A stretch of 64,000 bases of DNA, from assembly GCA_964016885.1 (NCBI GenBank), contig OZ024743.1:222208001-222272000 (forward strand), read 5' to 3'. The notes beneath the pieces were generated by a model. That model was not told the DNA's origin. It did not search any database and worked only from the letters and a program-made list of their open reading frames with translations. The stretch comes from Eledone cirrhosa (Eukaryota). Positions 28,130 to 41,105 of this stretch are shown piece by piece. Each line of letters opens with the position of its first letter. Position 1 is the stretch's first letter. Made by a program: the position numbers and the translations under genes.

Positions 28130-28980
28130 TAATGTTTCTACTTTTGGCACAAGGCCAGCAATTACCCCAGTGTATTACTGGTTACTGGTGCTTTATTTTA
28201 TCAACCCCTTAAGGATGAAAGACAAAGTTAACTTTGGCGGATTTGAACTCAGGACATAAAGGGCCATAACGCTTTGCTGAAAAGCATGGTGTCTGACGCT
28301 CTACCAATACTGCCAAACCACCACTCGAATGATAATAATAATCACAATTCAGTGGATTGCCAGAATCGCTAGAGTGCTAGATAAAATATTTAGTAATATT
28401 TAGTTACAGCTCTTTATGTTCTGAGTTTAAATCCTGCCATGGTTAGCTTTGCCTTTTATCTTTACAGGGTTGATAAAATAAAGTACCAGTAATGCACTGG
28501 ATCAATTTACTCAACTTTACCATCTTCCAAAAATTGTTGGCCTTGTGCCTAAATCAGAAACCATTATTATCATTAAAGGTGATAGATTGAACGATTCATC
28601 AGAGTGTCAGATAAATGCTTAACAGTATTTGTTCTGGATCTTTATACTTTCTGAGTTCAAATTCCTCCGAAGTGAACTTTGCCTTTCATCTTTCCAAGAT
28701 TGATATAATAACATACCAATCAAACAATAGGGGTCAATATAATCGATTTTTCCATCCCTTAAATTACTGGTCTTATACCTAAATTAGAAATCATTTTGAC
28801 AGAATTGGTAGAGCATCGGACAGCCTACTTCGTAGCATAGAGTTACGGCCCTTTACATTCTGACTTCAAATCCCATCGAGGTTAACTTTGCCTTTCATGT
28901 ATATGGGGTCGATAAAATAAAGTACCAGTAATACACTGGGTAGTTGCTGGCCTTGTGCCAAAAGTAGAAACAATTATTAT
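28130..28980. mobile_element. Cluster of four Meta-domain SINEs (one -, three +)
   Basis: Core motif at ~28195-28240 (-), ~28450, ~28680 and ~28890 (+). Confidence 0.82.
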
Positions 28981-29182
28981 TGTTAATGTTGTTGTTATTG
29001 AACAAAAAAAAAGAGAAGAAAAAAAGGTAGAAAAAGTTGATAACAAGGAAAAACAAAAAGGAAAGAGTAAAAAGAAAGCATTTTAGATAAAGAGAAAAGA
29101 AAAACTAGGCAGAAAGAAAGAGAAAGACACAAGAACCAAAAGAAAGGTGAAAAGGCATCACATGGATGAATAGATACATTAC

Positions 29183-29368
29183 CGCTCCAAACCAGTTCAA
29201 GAAGTCATCCACGGTGTTAATGTTTCTTACATTGAGATCACCAGCCCTCATTTTAAGCCTCCCTTCTTTTTCTTGTTTCTTCAATCGAGCTTTGCGGGTA
29301 TCTTCCAGAAACTTATGCTCTGCCTCTAATGTCTCCATAATCTCGTTATATTTTGTTTCAATCAACAT
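29183..29368 (-). CDS. FAM227B: Probable first coding exon (MLIETKYNE...NINTVDDFLNWFGA)
   Basis: Acceptor CCCTATCTAG then ACCATG, GCG|GTAATG donor, 62 open codons (ORF track 29105..29368). Confidence 0.68.
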
Positions 29369-30274
29369 GGTCTAGATAGGGAAGAGGAATTTAAGAAAAA
29401 GTAACTTAAAGTGACGCACACTTTTCTCACAATACTATACTACCTGCCAGTAAAAGCACAAAGCTTATACTACCTGCCAGTAAAAACACTTGGCAGAAGA
29501 AAGATCATTTTTCCAGTAACAAGAACTGGAATTTGAACTCAGAACACACAGAGTCTTGGTCTATTTTATCATGATCGAGATAGAGAAAAAGAAGAAAATA
29601 TAACTCATAATGAAACACACACTTCTCACAAAATGTCAAAGATAGCTGAGTTTTGTAAAATAATTTAACCCTTTAGCATTTACATTACTCTATATATACT
29701 ATTGTATTTTCGTGGTATGAGATTTTGACATTATTTATTTTGAGAACAATACCTTAATGTAAGTATGAATGGCCAGTTACAACTGGTTTGAACAGAAGAA
29801 GTGAGAGAATTCTGGCTGGTTACAGCCAGTTTAAATGGTAAAAGGTTAAAAAAAAAAAAAGGAACAGCAGTGTCTGGCTGGTACCTACTTTATCAAATAT
29901 GGATGCAGCATGGCCAAATAGTTAAGGAGTTTCCTTTGCAATTACTGGATCCATGGTTTAGCCCCTAAAGATGGTGTCTTGGGAAATGTGCTGTTTACCA
30001 TAACCTTGTCTTGACTCATGGCTTGTGAGAAAAATTGGGTAGACAGAAACTCTTTGGAAGCCTATTGGATGGACTGTATGTGTAATTCATATTCAGCTTT
30101 GTCAAACACTGTGTCACGTTAAGGGTCTGTGGAGTCCTCAGACACTTGTGATTTAATTTCACGGACAAACTGTTGAACAACTGAAATATTTATTGTGGAA
30201 AATGATGGAAGTCCATTTCACTTGATCAAATCCATGTGACTTCAGTAGGATTTGAATTCATACAAGAACAATAT

Positions 30275-32773
30275 CACAACAGCAACAACACCATAGCATC
30301 TACAACAACAACACCATAGTATCTACAACACCATAGTATCTACAACAACAAAACCAACAACACCATAGCATCTACAACAACAACACCATAGTATCTACAA
30401 CAACAAAACCAACAATACCATCTACAACAATACCATCTACAACAACACCAACAACATCATAGCATCTACAACAACAACATAGCATCTACAACAACAACAA
30501 CAGCAACAACACCATAGCATCTACAACAACAACAGCAACAACACCATAGCATCTACAACAACAACACCAACAACACCATAGCATCTACAACAACAACAGC
30601 AACAACAACAGCAACAACACCATATCATCTACAACAACAACACCAACAACACCATAGCATCTACAACAACAACACCAACAACACCATAGCATCTACAACA
30701 ACACCACCATAGTATCTACAACAACAACACCAACAACACCATAGTATCTACAACAACAACAACAACATCATAGCATCTACAACAACAACACCATAGCATC
30801 TACAACAACAACATAGCATCTACAACAACAACAACACCAACAACACCATAGCATCTACAACAACACCACCATAGTATCTACAACAACAACACCAACAACA
30901 CCATAGTATCTACAACAACACCAACAACACCATAGTATCTACAACAACACCAACAACACCATACTATCTACAACAACACCAACAACACCATAGCATCTAC
31001 AACAACAACACCATAGTATCTACAACAACAACACCATAGCATCTACAACAACAACACCATAGCATCTACAACAACAACACCATAGCATCTACAACAACAA
31101 CAACAACAACAACACCATAGCATCTACAACAACAACAGCAACAACACCATAGCATCTACAACAACAACACCATAGCATCTACAACAACAACAGCAACAAC
31201 ACCATAGCATCTACAACAACAACACCAACAACACCATATCATCTACAACAACAACAGCAACAACACCATAGCATCTACAACAACAACAGCAACAACACCA
31301 TATCATCTACAACAACAACAGCAACAACACCATATCATCTACAACAACAACACCAACAACACCATAGCATCTACAACAACAACACCAACAACACCATAGC
31401 ATCTACAACAACAACAACAACAACACCATAGCATCTACAACAACAACAGCAACAACACCATAGCATCTACAACAACAACACCATATCATCTACAACAACA
31501 ACACCAACAACACCATAGCATCTACAACAACAACACCAACAACACCATAGCATCTCCAACAACAACACCATAGCATCTACAAAAACAACAGCAACAACAC
31601 CATAGCATCTACAACAACAACAGCAACAACACCATATCATCTACAACAACAACACCAACAACACCATATCATCTACAACAACAGCAACAACAACACCATA
31701 GCATCTACAACAACAACACCAACAACACCATAGCATCTACAACAACAACAACAACACCATAGCATCTACAACAACAACAACAACACCATAGCATCTACAA
31801 CAACAACACCAACCACACCATAGCATCTACAACAACAACACCAACAACACCATAGCATCTACAACAACAACACCAACAACACCATAGCATCTACAACAGC
31901 AACACCAACAACACCATAGCATCTACAACAACAACAACAACACCATAGCATCTACAACAACAACACCAACACCATAGCATCTACAACAACAACACCAACA
32001 ACACCATAGCATCAACAACAACAACACCAACAACACCATAGCATCTACAACAACAACACCATAGTATCTACAACAACAACACCAACAACACCATAGTATC
32101 TACAACAACAACAACAACAACACCATAGCATCTACAACAACAACACCAACAACACCATAGCATCTACAACAACAACACCAACAACACCATAGCATCAACA
32201 ACAACAACAGCAACAACACCATAGCATCTACAACAACACCACCATAGCATCTACAACAACAACACCAACAACACCATAGCATCTACAACAACAACAGCAA
32301 CAACACCATAGCATCTACAACAAGAACACCATAGCATCTACAACAACACCATAGCATCTACAACAACAACACCAACAATACCATAGTATCTACAACAACA
32401 ACACCAACAACACCATAGCATCTACAACAACAACACCAACAACACCATAGCATCTACAACAACAACAGCAACAACACCATATCATCTACAACAACAGCAC
32501 CAACAACACCATATCATCTACAACAACAGCAACAACAACACCATAGCATCTACAACAACAACAACAACACCATAGCATCTACAACAACAACACCAACAAC
32601 ACCATAGCATCTACAACAACAACACCAACAACACCATAGCATCAACAACAACAACAGCAACAACACCATAGCATCTACAACAACAACACCATAGTATCTA
32701 CAACAACACCATAGCATCTACAACAACAACACCAACAATACCATAGTATCTACAACAACAACAGCAACTACCA
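30275..32773. repeat. 2.5-kb compound satellite: CATAGCATCTA interspersed with (CAA)n/CAC/CAG runs
   Basis: Directly visible. Confidence 0.96.
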
Positions 32774-33350
32774 TAAAAAAGTAAACGGCTCCCCAATGGT
32801 TTTAACAAATAGCATTCCAGTTGTTTGATCAACAAGACAGTCACCTCATTAAATCAACGTAATTCTTAGGGAGATTTAGCAGGTTGTCCAATTGCTTTGT
32901 TAAACTACTAAACGAACAAATCTCTCTAAATATATTAGGACAATGCAGCAGGCTAATAATAACGCTAGAAATAGCAGTAGTTTCAGCAACAAAATAGTCT
33001 GTATACTTTATGATCAATATCTTCTCTTGTTCCAAAGAATATTCCCCTGACAAAAAAAATGAATTCATCCCATATTGGTTATACCAATGATTTGAAATGG
33101 CTGGTATTGTTTCTTTTGTTTTGGAAACCATGGTAGGGAGACGTTTATATGAGTGAGACTTTCTTATTTTAGTCTGTCTGACGTATACTCCCCTAAATAG
33201 AGTTTGTTAACATACGTTTAATATGTAGAATTGGTTCTCTGGGTGATATCTTATCTTTATATTTTATCCATTTATTGAGACAAATAACCTCTTAATTAAT
33301 ATATATATTGGCCTCAGCCGGATGGCTGAAACAGGTAAAAGAGTAAAAGA

Positions 33351-33427
<77 letters not shown>

Positions 33428-33609
33428 TAGAAGGGGTATTTAATTTGTAGTCGTTTAAATAAACGGTTGTTTTTCAATTATTTATATATTCATTTGCATA
33501 TTCACCCATAAGTTTGAAAAATCCCTAATATATTTCCACTATCCAGAGAATATCCAACCGATAAGGTATGATTTTCATGGGTATGTCTCTATTTATAAAA
33601 CAAACTTTG

Positions 33610-33672
33610 TATTTTATCTGAGGAAAACGTACCAATGTGTCTTGGTACCCTTGAAATATATATAATAAAATA
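33610..33672 (+). ncRNA. Type I hammerhead ribozyme motif
   Basis: TATTTTAT-CTGAGGA-aaac-GTACCAA-tgtgtc-TTGGTAC-cctt-GAAA-TATATA-TA-ATAAAATA: 8-bp stem I, palindromic helix III. Lies between (TA)n blocks. Confidence 0.75.
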
Positions 33673-33714
33673 AATATTGTTTTATAAATATAGTTTCCAT
33701 TTACTTAATATCCT

Positions 33715-33783
<69 letters not shown>

Positions 33784-33937
33784 ATAATGCAAATCTGGCT
33801 GATCAGTGGATCTGCTAATATGCAGATCTGACTGATCAGCCAGACTGCTAATATGCAAATCAGGCCAATCAGTCACTGTATATTTTAGAAAATAGCATAT
33901 ATTTTCACTAGCTCTGACAGTTTGGCAAGTGAACAGT

Positions 33938-33987
33938 GAGCTATACTGATGAAGGGTGATACCCAGAAATATTAGTGTCTGCAGTTC
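33938..33987 (+). ncRNA. Type I hammerhead ribozyme motif, partly decayed
   Basis: GAGCTATA-CTGATGA-a-GGGT-gat-ACCC-a-GAAA-TATTAGTG-TC-TGCAGTTC: GUC triplet; stems rely on G-U pairs. Confidence 0.6.
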
Positions 33988-34489
33988 TGTTTACATGCCA
34001 ACATAAGAGCAAGAATGAAGGGTTCATTCTACTGACATGGCTTTAAAAATGAGGCTTGTTTGCATAATTGCAAACGAATCGAATGCTATTATTAACATTC
34101 GAAAAACTCAGATTACATTTATTGTATTCAGCCATGTAGAGCGAACATTTTTAAATATTTTTTATATATATATATATATTCACACATAAAATAAACATAT
34201 CATTGGAAAATAATTAGATTGCTTTCTATTGATGTTTCTTTTGTGAGGGTGGTGGATTGGCAGTATCGGTAGAGAGTCGGACACCATGCTTTGCAGCATA
34301 GAGTTATGGTCCTTTACGGTCTGAGTGCAAATCCCGCCGAGGTTAACTTTGCCTTTTGTCCTTATGGGTCGATAAAATAAAGCACCAGTAACATACTGGG
34401 TCGATTTAATCGACTTTCCCCTCCCCCCAAATTACTGGCCTTGTGCCTATACTAGAAATCATTGATGTTTTTTTTGTAAATCATATTCA

Positions 34490-34710
34490 TTCCAAGACGT
34501 TTGGGGGAGCTGGGTTGCTGATAATGAAATTCTTTAGATTGTTGACCGCTTACCTTACCAAAGTATTAGGTGATGCCAGCAGGGATGGTACTTGGTTATT
34601 GCAGCGCCTTAGTCTTGCTATCACTCACGCCAATGCTTTAAATGTGTTGACTTGCCACAAACATTATTTGGGAAAAACTCCAGCATTCCTTGTGGTATGA
34701 GGGTGAGTCT
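34490..34710 (+). mobile_element. CRE-type non-LTR 3' fragment
   Basis: TFGGAG...LTKVLGDASRDGTWLLQRLSLAITHANA is the typical RLE C-terminal tail. Confidence 0.65.
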
Positions 34711-36567
34711 CCTCCCATTTTATTTTATTTTCATTTAATTTTTTTTATATAAATTGTCTTCCATACCTTTAATTCATATTGAGTAAAAATCGAAAGTTTT
34801 ATACTTCATTTCACCAATATTTTCATTACTTTCAATCTGTATTTATAAGTAGGCTAAATATATATTTTAAATTCAATAAAATATAATCGGTTTCATGTAG
34901 ACTGTGGGATTAGGATATTTTCGTTGGAAATGTTAAATAAATAAACCATCTCAAGGGAGAAAAATAAAATATAATTGTTGACAAAATACTTCTAACTAAC
35001 AGGAACAATTTATGTAGATAATATCAAATGAAGAGAAAATTGTTGTCATAAGAGTTTTACAAGTCTTAAATTTCTATAACAATTACATTTGTGGAAGAGT
35101 GAAAAGTCATGAATATCGTACAATACAACAGATCTGACAATGTCCAACAATTTGCTGTTGAGATGTTTCTTTTGTCTGCTAAAAAAAAGTGTTCACAATC
35201 TATATACTACTAAAACTCTTTAATTGTGTGCTTGTCTGTAATTTAATACAGCCAAGTTGGCAAATAATGGGAAAATACTTTGAAAGAAGTTGCTCCTGAA
35301 ATGGGAATACAAATGGAATAAAACAAGTTTCGCATAAATCGGAGCACGGGTTCCCGAGATATGTTTTTTCCTGGAACCTTCATAAATAGGGAAAGAGAAA
35401 GATAGAGAGAAAGAGATAGTGATTGTAAGATAGTAGATTGAAAGAGAGACATAGAGAGAGAGGGAGAGGAAACAGAGAACAAGAATGGAAGAGAGAGAGC
35501 TGGTTGTGTTGTGTATATATATATATATATATATATGTATATGATTGTGTGTGTATATATATGTGTGTGTCTATGACCAGTGCATATAGATCACAGATAC
35601 ATATATATGTATACACATACACACATTTATATATATACATACACACACGTATATATATGGGCCTTCCAGTTTCATTTCACATCATATACATGTCTGTGTA
35701 TATTTTTATTATCTAACCCTTTAACATTTAAACAGGCCATATTCGGCCAGAATTCTCTCACCTTTCTCTGTTCAAACCGGCTGTAACCAGCCACTCATAC
35801 TGATGTTAAGGTATTGTTCTCAAAATAAATATCACAATCTCATAGATTTGATATTATGTGAGATAATTATGCCTTTACCATGAAAATATAGTAGTAAATA
35901 TAGAGTAATGTAAATGCTAAAGAGTTAAAAGTTATTTTTAAGTCAACATGGTTATATATATAAACACACACAGACACATATATCTGTAAACACACACACA
36001 TATAAATGGAGTCACTCCGTCAGTTACGACGACGAGTGTTCCAGTTGATACTATCACACCGAACAGCCTACTAGTGAAATTAACGTGCAAGTGGCTGAGC
36101 ATTCCACAAACACGCGTACCCTTTACGTAGTTCTCAGGGAGATTCAGTGTGACACAGTCTGTGACAAGGCTGGTCCTTCGAATTACTTGTTCATCTCATT
36201 TTTACCAGCTGAATGACTGGAGCAATGTGAAATAAAGTGTCTTGCTCAAGGACACAACGAGTCGCCCGGAATCGAACTCACCACCTTACGATTGTGAGTG
36301 GAATACCCTAACCATGCACTTTCACACACATAAATACACATATAAACACACTCACACACATACACACACACATACACACGCACACGCATATACAAGCACA
36401 CAGACACACACACACATATATAAACACACATATATATATATAAACACACACACACAAATATATATATAAACACACACACATAAACAAACACGCACAAATA
36501 TAAACAAACACAAAAACACATATATAGAAACATAAAAACACGCACACATATATATAAAAACACACAT

Positions 36568-36613
<46 letters not shown>

Positions 36614-36676
36614 GCACACACGCATACATATAAACACACACAGTCATATACATAGCCACTACTGTGAAACCTAATA

Positions 36677-36892
36677 TTGGTTTCTTATATAGGCACAAGG
36701 CCAGCGATTTTGGGGGAGGGGAAAGTCGATTAAATCGACCCAGTGCATGACTGGTACTTTATTTTATCGACGCCGTGAGGATGAAAGGTAAAGTTAACCT
36801 CGGCCGGATTTGAACTCAGATCATAAGGGGACGTAACTCTTTACTGCAAAGCATGGCGTCCGACTCTCTACCGATACTGCCAATCCACCGCC
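36677..36892 (-). mobile_element. Full-length Meta-domain SINE with ~17-18-bp TSD
   Basis: CTACTGTGAAACCTAATA at 36659-36676 and at 36893-36910. Confidence 0.9.
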
Positions 36893-36935
36893 CTACTGTG
36901 AAACCTAATACTAAAACATTTTTCTTCCCTTCTAC

Positions 36936-38730
36936 AGGTCAAGGTGAACGGCTACCTCTCGGAGCCGTTCCAAATCACGCGATCCATTCGACAGGGATGC
37001 CCTCTCTCCTCCCTCCTGTATGTGCTGGGTCTCGAGCCACTACTGCGGAAGCTGGAGCTGTTGCAGGGCATCCCCTTGAAACCAGGATTGCGGAAAGCGG
37101 TGTCGGCCTACGCCGATGACGTGACAGTAATGGTGTCGTGCGCCTCGGAAATCGGGCAGATCGGCACCTTACTGGAGGAATATGAAAGGTTCACAGGAGC
37201 CAAGCTGAACCGGGACAAGTCCATCGGTTTGCAACTCGGGACGTGGAGGGGCAAAACGATGCCCTCCGACGGCATCGTCTGACGCTTGACGGAGGGACCG
37301 GTGAAGCTGCTCGGGGTCTGGTTCGGACCGGACCTCCAGGTGGAGAAAAACTGGGACGAGGTAACGGGCAAGGTGTTTGCACTCGCCCAGAAGTGGGCCG
37401 AGTGCAAACTATCCCTGAAAGGTCGAGCGGAGGTGGCGAACGCTTATATAGCGTCCGTCATCTACTACCGCTTGATCGTCGTGCCTTGCCCAGAGAAAAC
37501 ACTCGCCAAAATGGAGCGCGCGCTCTTCCGATTTCTTTCGAAGAAGCGGGCTCCTTTGGTGAGAAGATCCATCTGCTGTCAACACCCTTCGAACGGGGGG
37601 CTGGGGATGCCGTGGCTGACGATGCGTAGACACGCATTAAGGCTACGGCACCTCCAGGTATTCCTCACCGGTCAGCCGGTGTGGGCCCTGTTTGTGAGGC
37701 GAGCCTTTCCGAGACTCGTCTCACTCACCGAGCTGCAATCCTGGGTCAAGCAAAGACCGAGAAAAGTGAGCGACTGGCACATTGAATGTGCTCAGGCGCT
37801 CACGGCCCTCTGGCAAGCGGATCCGGCAATCAGTGGAAACTCAACCTCAACATTCTATAGAGGGTTGGTGCGCAGTAAGTGCGACGACGCTCTCGGAGAG
37901 GCTCTGGGCATGGAGGAAGACGAGCTGGCCAGTCTGTTCGGTAGGACGTTTGGCCCGGGACCGATGGACAACTTCCAAAAGTCTCTGGCTTGGCAATGTT
38001 ACCGAAGAGCTCTACCCGTTCGGGACAAGCTCTACAGACACGGGCGCCCGGGTAGGGACCCCTCGAAGAAGATCTGTCCAAGATGCGTGCGTGACGAGGA
38101 AACCGTCGCACACGCATTCGTACACTGCCCGGGCGTTACTGACCTGTGGGGCTATGTAGAACGACTACTGTCGCGGGTGGGACCAATCCGGTTGACCACT
38201 GAGAACATTGTCACAATCAAACCGTCTCCCCCTTTCAAAAACGAAGGAGAGGCGGTTTTCCTCTGTGTGATAGCCATGGCGAAAGAAGTTGTATGGTGGA
38301 CAAGGTTGAAAGGGCTGAGGTCAGACACCTTTCTCTCCGGCCAACAACTGGTCTTTTTTTTCAAGTACCACTTTAAAAGAAGGATCAGAATGGAGAGAGA
38401 GGTGCCCTACCCCAGCAAGTTTTATGAAAGATGGGTGAAAGTAGCGAGAATGGCCCGAGTGAATGGGCCTTCTCTCTATATCAGCCTGTAGGTGAGAGAG
38501 GAGAAGAATGAGAAGAGGAAGGAAGCACCCGCTCTTTGTGCTCCTGAAGAGGAGGGTTGCACATTTTTCGGGGGGGGGGGGGTGCGACCCATGTCAACGC
38601 CCCTCCCTATTGAGGACATCGATTGTTAAATTTAATTTGTTATATGTTTTTTACACGTCTTTTTAAATGTATGTAAACTCCCCCCTTTGTATTTGTCCCA
38701 ATCTTTGATGCCCTGGTGGCAAATAAATAG
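36936..38730 (+). mobile_element. L1/Tx1-clade LINE, 5'-truncated (RT C-half + zf-RVT), one internal stop
   Basis: VNGYLSEPF..RQGCPLS..YADD, KLLGVWFG, GGLGMP, CPRC..EETVAHAFVHCP. TGA at 37280-37282; stop at 38491; AATAAA at ~38722. Confidence 0.9.
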
Positions 38731-38739
38731 AAATATATA

Positions 38740-39130
38740 TCCCACTACACACCTCACTCTCTCACACCATTCCCCCTCTTTCACTAGACCACTAAATTCT
38801 CTCCCTCTCTATATATTCCATAACATACCTCACCCACTTTCCCCCTCTCTTGCTAGACCAATAAACTCTCACCCCTCTCTATAACCCACTACACACCTCA
38901 CGCTCTCTCACTAGACCACCAAATTCTTTTCCGCTTTCTGTATTCCACAACACCTCCTCTCTCACTAGGCCAATAAACTCTCTCCCCCTCTGTATAACCC
39001 ACACTCTCTCACAATTCCCCCTCTCTTAGTAGACCACCAAATTCTCTCCTCTTTATATTCCACTACATACCTCACTCTCTTAACTCCCCCTCACTCACTA
39101 AGCTAATAAACTATCACCCCTCTCTCTCTC
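38740..39130. repeat. Degenerate C/T-rich minisatellite (CCACTACACACCTCACTCTCTC..CTAGACCA..AA(T)TCTCTC)
   Basis: Visible recurring units of roughly 60-70 bp. Confidence 0.75.
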
Positions 39131-39288
39131 ACCTGGCGTGATTTATTGCCTTTGTTTGGAGGACTCATGACACCAAATTACCTGGAAGAATATAGTTTTC
39201 TGTGGTCATCTATTTAGTGTCAATGAGTACAGGATTTTCATAAGTAGTCTACTCCCTGTTGTCCAGCAGTCAGTTCCAGAAAGATGTA

Positions 39289-39303
39289 GTTGCCAACGGA
39301 GAC
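39289..39303. promoter_or_regulatory. Candidate RFX X-box near a putative 5'-UTR exon of the host gene
   Basis: GTTGCC-AAC-GGAGAC fits an X-box half-site pair. It lies in apparently unique sequence ~110 bp upstream (minus strand) of a strong donor CCAG|GTAATT at 39182/39181. Confidence 0.35.
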
Positions 39304-40049
39304 TCACTTCGACCTGTTGAGTCGGCCCTTTAGACCAGCCGAGACAGTTATACTCCCGTTCGATTTGAACAAAAATTAGTTCCATGTATCTTTTCAGACT
39401 ACTACAGCATTCATACAAACATAACACAACTACACTTTGATTCTTTGTTGTTAAAATAACTTCGACGTAAGTTAATAATAAAAATTATTTAAGTAGCGGC
39501 TTTATTGTTATTATTCATGGAATACTGCTAATAGCAGCTTCGCTTTCAACGTTCAACTACTGACTATGACAACGAGTACAATCACACATCTCGACTCACT
39601 GAGACACACACAATTCATTTGCCATCATTCACTAACATTCACACAGTGCTTATATGGGAAAGAACCACAATATCTACAAGGAATTCTGCCACACTACAAT
39701 GAACAACTGACCGACTAAGCACCACCTCTTACACCCACTTTCATCTAGTCACCGCACTAAACAAGCACCATCTTTTACACATGTTTTCATCTTGTCACCA
39801 CACTAACTAAATCACTAATACAAACTACATTTAGTATCATCAAATAATCATCTTAACCACCACGACTTTGTTTCCGCATAACTTTCTTAAAAAGATAAAT
39901 ATAATTAAATAATTTTTATTATTCACAGTTGTATAAATACCATTACAAATCTTTACAGAATGAAAATATAAACACATTTTTTTTTTAAAAAATACAATTA
40001 ATTATTGCTAGGTACCTCACAGATATGATACACAGAAATATATAAAATA

Positions 40050-40155
40050 TATGGGTATTTTGTTCGGTATGAGTGGGTATTTTGTTCGGTATGAGTGGGT
40101 ATTTTGTCCGGTATGGGTGGGTATTTTGTACTATGGGGGTTTTGTCATGGACCCA
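40050..40155. repeat. 22-bp tandem repeat (GGGTATTTTGTTCGGTATGAGT) ending in GGGGGTTTTGTCATGGACCC, probable DNA-transposon subterminal array
   Basis: About 4 units; a similar end occurs at ~47958-47975. Confidence 0.55.
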
Positions 40156-40534
40156 TATAAGAGATCCGAAGTTAAGGGAGAGATAACTCGGGAGCTGTAG
40201 CTTTAGAGGATTAAATAAAATTTAAGAATTACAGTTTTATAGATCATAAAATTTTCTAAAGTGATTAAAATAAATCTTTCTGAATTTCGTAAAATATAAG
40301 TTGTTACACTCAAGTAAAAAAGCATTGTTTTTAGCAAATGATTTAAGTTTGTATCTTAATTGATTAGCTATGTATGGAATTTAGCTGTCAATAAAATCTT
40401 TTAAGCTTCTATATTGAAGTGAAAGTAAAATCCGATGAAAATTAAGACCGTATCCAACGTGTGATAATGGACCACATACATATTTTCTCTACATATTTCT
40501 TCCTTTATACAAATTTTATAGTTATTTTTAGAAA

Positions 40535-41105
40535 ATTGCAGCATAGAGGCTATGGCCCTTTACGTTCTGTGTTCAAATTTCAAATCCCGCCGAGGTTAGC
40601 TTTGCCTTTCATCCTTATGCTGTCGATAAAATAAAGTACCAGTAATGCACTGAGTCGATATAATCGACTCCCCCCCCCCCTCCCGCCACCCAAAAAATTG
40701 CTGGTCTTGTGGCTAAAGTAGAAACAATTATTAACATGATTTGCAGCATAGTGTTACGGCCCTTTACGTTCTGAGTTCAAATCCTGCCGAGGTTAGCTTT
40801 GCCTTTCATCCTTACGGGGTCGATAAAATAAAGCACCAGTAATGCACTGGGATCGATCTAATCGACTTTCCCCCTCCCCCAAAAATTGCTGGTCTTGTGG
40901 CTAAAGTAGAAACAATTATTAACATGCTTTGCAGTGTAGTGTTACGGCTCTTTACGTTCTGAGTTCAAATCCCACCGAGTTTAGCTTTGCATCTCATCCT
41001 TACGGGGTCGATAAAATAAAGTACCAATCATGCATTGGGTTCGATCTAATCGACTTTTCCCTCCCCTAAATTGTTGGCCGTGTGCCTAAAATAAAAACCA
41101 TTATT
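40535..41105 (+). mobile_element. Head-to-tail trimer of 5'-truncated Meta-domain SINEs
   Basis: Three ~190-bp units, each TTGCAG..TTACG..GTTCAAAT..GCCTTTCATCC..AAACAATTATT. Confidence 0.88.

Noticed and set aside
30275-32773. CRISPR-like array (constant 11-mer with variable spacers)
   Set aside because: Spacers are simple CAA runs, the repeat is too short, the context is eukaryotic and there are no cas genes.
32841-33131. 96-aa minus-strand ORF
   Set aside because: No recognisable motif or good splice sites; probably a decayed TE fragment.
33308-33353. Half hammerhead (AGCC..GGCT-GAAACAGGTA)
   Set aside because: No CUGANGA core; better explained as a SINE/LINE 3' tail ending (AAAAGAGT)n, related to ~26270-26345.
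24850-36320. tRNA genes suggested by A/B boxes
   Set aside because: All are heads of SINEs followed by SINE core domains.
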